From: Zestosphaera tikiterensis | GTDB taxonomy: Archaea; Thermoproteota; Thermoprotei_A; Sulfolobales; NBVN01 | Length of the DNA stretch: 32,000 nucleotides | Assembly (NCBI GenBank): GCA_003056265.1 | Contig: NBVN01000001.1 | Location: 60,001-92,000, forward strand | Direction of reading: 5' to 3' | Shown: piece after piece, positions 24,914-32,000 of the stretch | Layout: every line of letters begins with the position of its first letter | How positions within the stretch are numbered: the stretch's first letter is position 1 | Translations under genes and position numbers: made by a program | Notes under the pieces: generated by a model | What the model saw: only the letters and a program-made list of their open reading frames with translations | The model's database searches: none | What the model was told of the DNA's origin: nothing

Positions 24914-25522
24914 TTGGTTCACGTTTATGAGGATATTCACTTAGTTAAGGACAGCTATGTTAACGTATATCTCATAGTAAGAGGTGCTGATGTGGTTTTA
25001 ATAGATGCGGGGTTGGAGTCTACGTGGTCTTTAATAAAAGACTATCTTAATACGTTAGGTTTAACTTTTAAGGATTTAACGGCTGTTGTTATAACTCACC
25101 ATCATAGAGATCATGTAGGCAGTTTAAAGTACGTCGTTCAAAACAGCAATGCCGTAGTAGCTGCTCACGTAGATGAGATTGAGTTAATTAAGTCTAGGTC
25201 TGGAGTGAATGTAAACGTAGCTTTAAGAGATGGGGACATGTTTAAAGGTTTGAAAGTTGTTCACACACCTGGACATACACCCGGGCATATATGCCTACTT
25301 GACTTAAAGACTAAGTCCTTATTCGTGGGTGATTTAGTAGTTGAGGAAAACGGAGAACTTAATGAAATACCCCATCATTACTCGATAGACCCTATGAAGA
25401 ATAGGGAGGCTATAAAGAAACTTAGGTATGTAGATTTCAATAATTTAATGCCTAGCCATGGCGAGCCCTTGCTGCATGTTGGTAAGGAAAAACTTGAGGA
25501 GCTTATAACGAAGTTAGTTTGA
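24914..25522 (+). CDS. Metallo-beta-lactamase-fold hydrolase
   Basis: 202 aa. HxHxDH motif in ITHHHRDHVGS, downstream His in HTPGHTPGH, and Asp in FVGDL. Confidence 0.85.
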   Translation: MVHVYEDIHLVKDSYVNVYLIVRGADVVLIDAGLESTWSLIKDYLNTLGLTFKDLTAVVITHHHRDHVGSLKYVVQNSNAVVAAHVDEIELIKSRSGVNVNVALRDGDMFKGLKVVHTPGHTPGHICLLDLKTKSLFVGDLVVEENGELNEIPHHYSIDPMKNREAIKKLRYVDFNNLMPSHGEPLLHVGKEKLEELITKLV

Positions 25523-25544
25523 GTGTGTTTCAGCAGGTCATGCG

Positions 25545-26315
25545 TTATTTAGGTATGCCCACAGCTTTTAAGAAGAGTTTAGCGCCTTCTATCAAGTACC
25601 GCGTGTCGTGAGACAGCGTTATGAAGTTAAAACCCATCCTCAACTTCTCCGCGGCGTCTTCAGGGGAGTTGGACATTATGCCAGCTATTTTACCTACCTT
25701 AAGGGTTGCTGTGAGTACTTTATTCAAAGCTTCGATATATGCTGGGTTTTTAAAGTCTCTGTAAGCCCCTAAAGACGCTGAAAGATCGCTTGGACCTATG
25801 AAAGACCCTGTAACTCCATCAACGTCTATTATCTCTTCTATGTTCTTCACCCCCTCAACCGTTTCTATCTGAGTCAGCAGTATGAAGCTTTCATTCCATC
25901 TCTCAAAATATTCTTTAGCGTCGCGAACGCCGTACATCACACACCTCCTAGGCCCGGTTCCTCTAATACCTTCAGGCGGGTATTTCATCGCCTTAACGGC
26001 TTTCTCAGCTTCTTCTCTAGTGTTTATCCAAGGAACTATAACTCCTTCAGCACCTAAATCCAGTACCTGCTTAATAATTACGAAGTCGTTCCACGGCACC
26101 CTCACTATAGGTACGATATCAGTGCCTCTAAGCGGCATCATCAGAAACTCAACGTCTTTAATGGTTAGCGGCGCGTGTTCCATATCAAAAACGAACCAAT
26201 CGAAAGGCAGGTTAGAGAGGATTTCAGTTACTTCTGGATGCGAGATAGTTATCCAAACACCGAATGTTGGTTCACCTTTAGAAACCTTACTTAGAACCCT
26301 ATTGATTAAAGGCAT
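25545..26315 (-). CDS. HpcH/HpaI-family aldolase
   Basis: GVWITISHPEVTEILSNLPFDWFVFDMEHAPL.. with downstream VRVP and QIET motifs typical of class II 2-keto-3-deoxyacid aldolases. The start is taken at MPLINRV (26315) rather than at 26378. Confidence 0.8.
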   Translation of the reverse strand: MPLINRVLSKVSKGEPTFGVWITISHPEVTEILSNLPFDWFVFDMEHAPLTIKDVEFLMMPLRGTDIVPIVRVPWNDFVIIKQVLDLGAEGVIVPWINTREEAEKAVKAMKYPPEGIRGTGPRRCVMYGVRDAKEYFERWNESFILLTQIETVEGVKNIEEIIDVDGVTGSFIGPSDLSASLGAYRDFKNPAYIEALNKVLTATLKVGKIAGIMSNSPEDAAEKLRMGFNFITLSHDTRYLIEGAKLFLKAVGIPK

Positions 26316-26430
26316 TTCTACCGACCTTGATTTACATGCATGAAATAATAAAAAGTTTTGGGCATATCCAAAGAGCACTGGTGGAACAGCGTATGAGAGG
26401 TTCCTTGCTACATGAGGAAGTAGTATTAGC

Positions 26431-27783
26431 TTATACAGCGTTAACTAATAGGTCCCTGAGCTTCTTTATGTTATCTTCCTCTTTTTCACCCAGAGGCTCT
26501 ATTTCAACCCTGTAGAGAACATACTTGCAGCTACCATTGCAGGCAGTGATCTCTACTGGTTTCTCCAGCTCCAGTTGACCAACAACTGCTTCATCCTCAT
26601 CTTCAGAGCTGCCTTCAGAGGCCTCCTGCTCGTCTTTTGGTAAATGTATTAGCAATCCTATTCCAGCTCCTAGTAGGACCATATAGCTTATGGCCTGGTA
26701 TACTCCCTTGCCAATATATCCAGGTAAACTGGAAAACTTTAGCTCGATTACAACATTTCTCGACTCCCAATGGACTAGTATATCTGGCCTCACCTTTAAT
26801 GGTGCTTCAAGATCCTGGTTGAAGCATACTACTACATCGCCTACACCCGACTTCCCGAGTTTCCCACACTGGTTGATTGCAGGTCTTTTGCCTTGCTCCC
26901 TAAGTACCCTTAGTAGCAGGTATAGCAGGTAGAGCTCATATAGTTTATCGCTGAGGAGGTTTACGTCCATGCTATCATGCTCTCTCCTCGATATCCTTTC
27001 AAGCACTTTTATAGTTAGCTCTCTGTATTCTTTCTCGGTGGATGGATCAAATAGATACTTGTATACCACGTTATCTAGTAGCTTGTCAACCCACTCAGGC
27101 CTCCACGGGGTATTAGATACCTCGTTAGTCAGCTCGTAGATATGGTCGAGAGTTTCAGGGCCATAGAGGTTTCCAGGTATGTATACTAGAAAGCTTTGTC
27201 CAACGGCATGTTCAAGCCGCTCCAGTGTTTGACAAGCCTCCTCCCTAGCACTCCTTAATCCAGGTAGCTTTGCTATCTCTTCAGGCGACAGACCTGTCCC
27301 CCCGGTTTCTGCAGAGCCTCCTCTCTCCAGTAAGCTACATATGTTGCTAAGCTCGCTTATCACGTAGTCTACAATGGCTCTCAATAATAGGTTCTCTGGT
27401 GAAGCCGAGGTGTAGCTTACAACTGCCTGGACGACGGGCCTGTAGTGTATATAGTTCACTATGGTTTTAGGCCAGTTGATGATCCCTCTTATAGACCACT
27501 CCTCGATATCCTCATAGATCCTCTTCTTAAGCACTATGTTACTAGCCTCCTCTAGTATCCCGGCCAGCTCCTCACTTATCTTCTTAAACCTATATGTGTT
27601 GAAAATAAGGGTGATCAAATCCTCTATGCTCTTTAAGGGTTCCAGCCTCTTCCCAGCTGCCTCATCTCGGCTAGACTTGAAGAGGCTTAGTGGATCATTA
27701 TCTAGTAGTAGGTAGAGATCAACGAGTTTTTCACTCATGTATTCGATATATTTAGTCCTTCTGTCCCTGCTGCTCGAAGACAC
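26431..27783 (-). CDS. mcrC: McrC-like subunit with a C-terminal PD-(D/E)xK nuclease motif
   Basis: VRPDILVHWESRNVVIELKFS..GVYQAISY fits the PD..ExK pattern. It lies directly downstream of, and overlaps, the McrB-like gene. The GTG at 27783 or the ATG at 27738 could be the start. Confidence 0.7.
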   Translation of the reverse strand: MSSSSRDRRTKYIEYMSEKLVDLYLLLDNDPLSLFKSSRDEAAGKRLEPLKSIEDLITLIFNTYRFKKISEELAGILEEASNIVLKKRIYEDIEEWSIRGIINWPKTIVNYIHYRPVVQAVVSYTSASPENLLLRAIVDYVISELSNICSLLERGGSAETGGTGLSPEEIAKLPGLRSAREEACQTLERLEHAVGQSFLVYIPGNLYGPETLDHIYELTNEVSNTPWRPEWVDKLLDNVVYKYLFDPSTEKEYRELTIKVLERISRREHDSMDVNLLSDKLYELYLLYLLLRVLREQGKRPAINQCGKLGKSGVGDVVVCFNQDLEAPLKVRPDILVHWESRNVVIELKFSSLPGYIGKGVYQAISYMVLLGAGIGLLIHLPKDEQEASEGSSEDEDEAVVGQLELEKPVEITACNGSCKYVLYRVEIEPLGEKEEDNIKKLRDLLVNAV

Positions 27784-29452
27784 ATTTCATCAAGCCCTCT
27801 ACCTGCCTTCTAACGCTTTCATTCCACAGCCTTGATAAAGGTAGTGCAGCCTCCACGCACATTCTCAGGACATTATCCACACGATCCTTATCCTTTTCAA
27901 ACCTCTTCCTATCTTCCTTGTTGAGCCTTACATAGTAGGCTGCAAATGTCTTGGCAGCGAGGTAGAGGCTCGCAGGACTAATAGTCACTAGTGCTCCTGA
28001 CAGCCTACTCCTACTCTCCCCCTCAGCCTTCTCATCAACGGGTTTTCCGCACTTGGTGTAGAGAACCCTTAGCTTATCATTAATCAATTCTTTAACCTTC
28101 TCTAGGACTTCATCAATATTCTCATTGGTTGATAACTCATTGTTTCTCTCTAACTCTTCCTTAAGGTTTTTATATATCTTGCCGAGCAACTTGTCAATAT
28201 CGCTTGGAGGGTTAACTTCGACAATAGCGAATCTACGTGCAAAGGCCTCGCCCACGGTGAATAGGTTTCTTGCATCAACGAAGTTCATTGTGACTATAAT
28301 GCGGAAATCTTCTGGGACTCGGTAGCCGGTTCCATCTTCAGACTTCTCGAGCTTCTTATTTTGACCAATGGCGAATTCAATGAATTTCTTAGCCACTTCA
28401 TCGGCTCGTCCATTTTCCACATACTCATTAATTTCATTTACTAGGTCTAGGGGTATGATCCTCTCATACGGGTTATGGCTTGAGAATATTAGGAAGAATT
28501 CCCCAAAGGCCTTATCTACATCAGCCCTGTTAACCTCGTCAATTATAAGGTATGCTCCCTTATACTTCATACCATTATTGCCTCCTGTAGACGCATCCTG
28601 CCCGCTTAGGTTCCTAGCCACTTCTCCCTGGCTCTTGCCGCTTCTCCCGTACTTCTCCCTGTTTTCTATATGTCTAACGAGGGCCCTCAGTAAGTAGCCA
28701 GACCTCCACTTAACACTACCAGACTCTAGGGTTACCCCACCTATCAAGTCATACCTGCTCCAATGAGCAGTAGCAACCACATAGTATGGCTCGAAGCCTC
28801 GTTTCTCGGTAACCATCTTAGCTAGCGTGGTCTTACCAGTGCCCGGAGGGCCAACTAGTAAAACATTCAATCCTGCGTCAAGCAGACCGTTAATGAAATC
28901 CACTAACCCATCCTCCACCGCTAATTTCTCTGATTCCTCAGGCTCTTCATAACCCATCCTTATGATCATTTCAGCGACCTCGCTGTCAAGTGGAGCTATA
29001 TAAGATTGAGGAGGTTTATAATCGGGAATTTTTTCGAGAGGAACCTTCTCACGGAATTCTTTGAAATCCCCTAACACCACGAAGAAATAGAATTCGAAGT
29101 TCTTCAACCACTTATTAGCAAAACTTTCATAATCGTTACTCCAAATACCCATATTCTTTAATTTATCCCTAAGCTCATTTTTACTCAGCTCAGTGCACTT
29201 CTGCTTTACTTTCGAGAACCCGATGAACCGTCCTCTTAGCTCTTGATTAAGTGCTTTACTAGTTATATAGTGGATTATACAGTCCCCAGGCTCCAACTTC
29301 GTCATACTTCTCCATTGAGAATCTTTAGGACTCCAGAGGCATTTACCAATATGACCGGGATAAGGTGCTCCAGTAATTTCCACATAGTACTTCTTACATT
29401 TATCCATTAGTTCCACCAGATGTCCTACTTCCATTATTATGGTACTGGCCAT
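27752..29452 (-). CDS. mcrB: McrB-like AAA+ GTPase with an N-terminal PUA/EVE-like domain
   Basis: Walker A is LLVGPPGTGKTT and Walker B is YLIIDEVNRADVDKAFGEFF. The McrB-specific IIVTMNFVD corresponds to the MNTAD signature, and ARRF is also present. The N-terminal 150 aa (GKCLWSPKDSQWRSMTKLEPGDCIIHY...RGRFIGFSKV) resemble PUA-like modified-base readers. Confidence 0.85.
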   Translation of the reverse strand: MASTIIMEVGHLVELMDKCKKYYVEITGAPYPGHIGKCLWSPKDSQWRSMTKLEPGDCIIHYITSKALNQELRGRFIGFSKVKQKCTELSKNELRDKLKNMGIWSNDYESFANKWLKNFEFYFFVVLGDFKEFREKVPLEKIPDYKPPQSYIAPLDSEVAEMIIRMGYEEPEESEKLAVEDGLVDFINGLLDAGLNVLLVGPPGTGKTTLAKMVTEKRGFEPYYVVATAHWSRYDLIGGVTLESGSVKWRSGYLLRALVRHIENREKYGRSGKSQGEVARNLSGQDASTGGNNGMKYKGAYLIIDEVNRADVDKAFGEFFLIFSSHNPYERIIPLDLVNEINEYVENGRADEVAKKFIEFAIGQNKKLEKSEDGTGYRVPEDFRIIVTMNFVDARNLFTVGEAFARRFAIVEVNPPSDIDKLLGKIYKNLKEELERNNELSTNENIDEVLEKVKELINDKLRVLYTKCGKPVDEKAEGESRSRLSGALVTISPASLYLAAKTFAAYYVRLNKEDRKRFEKDKDRVDNVLRMCVEAALPLSRLWNESVRRQVEGLMKCVFEQQGQKD

Positions 29453-29518
29453 TTATAAATTAACCGAATAACCACTTCAATTTATTTTAAAGGTGCTGAG
29501 TTATTTTTGGGTGGTTAA

Positions 29519-31978
29519 GTGGGTTTAGAGCCTAGGATTAAGGTTAAGCGTTGGGACGCTAAGTTAGAGGAGAGTTTATTGGGTTTGTGGGAGGCCGAAG
29601 GTCTTTATAAAGAGTCTATAGACTTCATAAACGATGATAAATACGTAGTTATAGATACCCCGCCACCCTATCCCTCCGGTGAGTGGGGTGTTGCTCAAGC
29701 CGGTCACTACGCGCAAATAGATATGGTTGCTAGAGCTTTAAGACTTCTTGGTTATAAGGTTTTAGTGCCTTTCTATGCCGATAGAAATGGGTTACCTGGC
29801 GAGGTGGTTGTTGAGAAGAAATACGGTGTGAGTGCTCATGAAATTGCTAAAGACCCTGAAGGGAGGAAGAAGTTTTTAGAAATGGTTAGTAAGGTTCTCG
29901 ACGAGTATGAAGCCAACTTGGTTAAGGTGTGGCGTAGGTTAGGCTGTCTTTTCGATTATTGGAGGGATGGTACGGACTCACCTAAGTATAGAAGAATAAC
30001 TCAAGCGACGTTCATAGATATGTGGAATAAAGGCCTTATCTACGAGTCAGTTAGGCCCGTCATGTGGTGCCCTAGATGTAAGACTACATTAGCTGAGGCG
30101 GAGGTAGAGTTCCTTGAGGAGGAGGGGAGGCTTTACTACATAAAGTTTAAAGTTGTTGAGACAGGTGAGGACATCGTAATCGCTACCACTAGGCCGGAAC
30201 TCCTCAACGCATGTAAAGCCGTGATATACCACCCGAATGACGAAAGATATAACAGGAGGCTTGCCGGTAAACATGCCGTCATACCGCTTTACGGCGGCGT
30301 AGTTCCAATACTGCCAAGTACCTACGCCAACCCTGAATTCGGTACTGGATTAGCTATGATGTGTTCCTACGGCGACACTAGGGATATCTGGTTCTTTAAA
30401 GAGCAGGGCCTAACACCTAAGATACTGATAAACCCCGACGGAACGATGAATGATGAAGCCGGATTCCTTAAAGGTCTGCCGGTAAAGGAAGCTAGGAAGA
30501 CAATCGCTGAAAAGCTTAATGAGGCAGGGCTTTTGCTGAAGGTTGAGTCACTAACTCATCAAGTACCTTCGTGTTGGAGATGTAAAACACCTATAGAATA
30601 CATACATATGAAGGAGTTCTTCTTAAAGCAGTTAGACTTTAAAGACGAAATCCTTAAAGTAGGTAACGCCATGCTTTTCAAACCACCTGAACATAAAGTC
30701 AAGTTTGACGTTTGGGTTACGTCCTTAGGTATGGATTGGCCAATCTCTAGAACCCGATATTACGGTACTGAAGTTCCTGTATGGAGATGTAAGAGGTGTG
30801 GGCACATAATCCTCGGCAGGTATGGAGAGTATGTCCGTCCTTGGGTGGATCCACCACCGGTTGAGAAATGCCCGAAGTGTGGAGCGCCTAAGGATGAGTT
30901 AGAGGGTGAGAAGAGAACTTTCGACACTTGGTTTGATTCCTCTATATCCGTCCTCTACGTTACGAATTGGTTGGAGAATCGTGAAGCTTCGTTAAAGGCT
31001 TTAGACCATGCGTTAAGGCCTCAAGGCTACGACATCATAAGGACGTGGCTTTACTACAGCACATTACGTGTTTGGCTTTTAACAGGTAAGCCGCCGTTTA
31101 AGTGGGTTAGGATTACAGGCATGGGGTTAGATCCTAAAGGTAGGGCCATGCATAAATCATTAGGTAATGTGATATATCCAATGCCGTATGTGGAGAAGTA
31201 TGGAGCCGACGCCTTTAGGTATTGGGCAGCTATAGCTGGTAGGTTAGGAAGTGATTATAGGTGGTCTGAAGACGTTGTAAGGGCGGGTCAAGCCTTCGCA
31301 ACTAAGTTGGTGAACATAGGTAGGTTTATATCGTTTTTTGACGAGCCGCAACTCAATGAAGTTAAGTTGAGGGAAATCGATAAAGCAATGATAAAGTACG
31401 CCGTTACAGTAGCTAAACGCGTTATTAAGTCTTACGAAGACCTAGATGTTTTCGACCCTATCAACGACTTATATAGGTTGGTTTGGGATGTCTTCGCCTC
31501 TAACTACTTAGAGGCTGTGAAACAACGGGCTTACGGGTTGGAAGACCTCAATCAAGAGGAGGTTTTAGGGGCTAGATACACACTTCATAGAGTCTTTAAA
31601 CTCGCGTTGAAGTTGCTACATCCTATAATGCCTTTCGTAACGGACTACATATGGAGGGAGATGTACTCAAGCAAAGGTTTAGGTAGGGAAGTGATTACTC
31701 AAGAAGAGCTTACGGATTTAGGAGGTGATGAGAAGCTTATTAATGCGTTAATTCAGGTGAACTCGGCTGTGTGGAAGTACAAGAAGGAGAATAACATATC
31801 ATTTTCAGAACCTCTTGAGGGCGTTCTCTACCTACCTAACGAATATGAAGCTATCTCGGAGGATCTTAAGGCGCTACATAGAATTCGTAAAATAGCCTTC
31901 GGTAAACCGCCTGAGAATATGAAGCAGGTAACCTTAGCTGAAGGCATATACCTAGTTTTTGAGTGGATGTTGAAGTAA
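29519..31978 (+). CDS. valS: Valyl-tRNA synthetase-like class Ia aaRS with degenerate HIGH and KMSKS signatures
   Basis: 819 aa. Shows DTPPPYPSG.., the CP1/editing block TTRPELLNACKAVIYHPNDERY..GTGLAMMCSYGD, zinc knuckles CPRCKT/CWRCKTP, then DTWFDSS and GYDIIRTW. Where HIGH is expected it reads WGVAQ, and where KMSKS is expected it reads AMHKS. Confidence 0.8.
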   Translation: MGLEPRIKVKRWDAKLEESLLGLWEAEGLYKESIDFINDDKYVVIDTPPPYPSGEWGVAQAGHYAQIDMVARALRLLGYKVLVPFYADRNGLPGEVVVEKKYGVSAHEIAKDPEGRKKFLEMVSKVLDEYEANLVKVWRRLGCLFDYWRDGTDSPKYRRITQATFIDMWNKGLIYESVRPVMWCPRCKTTLAEAEVEFLEEEGRLYYIKFKVVETGEDIVIATTRPELLNACKAVIYHPNDERYNRRLAGKHAVIPLYGGVVPILPSTYANPEFGTGLAMMCSYGDTRDIWFFKEQGLTPKILINPDGTMNDEAGFLKGLPVKEARKTIAEKLNEAGLLLKVESLTHQVPSCWRCKTPIEYIHMKEFFLKQLDFKDEILKVGNAMLFKPPEHKVKFDVWVTSLGMDWPISRTRYYGTEVPVWRCKRCGHIILGRYGEYVRPWVDPPPVEKCPKCGAPKDELEGEKRTFDTWFDSSISVLYVTNWLENREASLKALDHALRPQGYDIIRTWLYYSTLRVWLLTGKPPFKWVRITGMGLDPKGRAMHKSLGNVIYPMPYVEKYGADAFRYWAAIAGRLGSDYRWSEDVVRAGQAFATKLVNIGRFISFFDEPQLNEVKLREIDKAMIKYAVTVAKRVIKSYEDLDVFDPINDLYRLVWDVFASNYLEAVKQRAYGLEDLNQEEVLGARYTLHRVFKLALKLLHPIMPFVTDYIWREMYSSKGLGREVITQEELTDLGGDEKLINALIQVNSAVWKYKKENNISFSEPLEGVLYLPNEYEAISEDLKALHRIRKIAFGKPPENMKQVTLAEGIYLVFEWMLK

Positions 31979-32000
31979 CCCTTTTAACTCTTGAATTCAA

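Overview
Window from an archaeal, probably crenarchaeal hyperthermophile chromosome. This is inferred from frequent GTG/TTG starts with GGTG-like ribosome-binding sites, A/T-rich TATA-like promoters, encoded-CCA tRNA-like segments and DUF104-antitoxin/PIN pairs. The left third (1-8.9 kb) is a toxin-antitoxin island: hicBA, at least six vapBC-like pairs, a CPBP/Abi protease and a surface protein. Most of its PIN toxin genes are visibly decayed, and tRNA 3'-part copies punctuate it. The middle (8.9-14.3 kb) carries a wHTH-STAND NTPase-TPR gene and an operon for a membrane-anchored transglutaminase-like protein with a PQPQP repeat. The right half is mostly housekeeping: ArsR, ferredoxin, a GH18-like protein, an S9 peptidase, an MBL hydrolase, an HpcH aldolase and a ValRS-like gene. 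It has three accessory or unusual insertions. First, a 1.4-kb TnpB-type element (small RHH gene plus a zinc-finger-less TnpB-like gene) is inserted precisely, without target duplication, into an EamA transporter gene. Second, a two-gene McrBC-like restriction module has a PUA/EVE-like N-domain. Third, two surface-protein genes are broken by a C7 homopolymer run and by a 14-bp tandem duplication. The least-explained signals are a diverged family of GC-rich structured ~120-210 nt elements and two paralogous tRNA 3'-half loci. The GC-rich family has five copies: one forms the left end of the TnpB element and one splits a vapC gene. The tRNA 3'-half loci share a conserved leader and have no contiguous 5' half. 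The ValRS-like protein has degenerate HIGH and KMSKS motifs. All calls come from reading the sequence and ORF translations; no database search was run.
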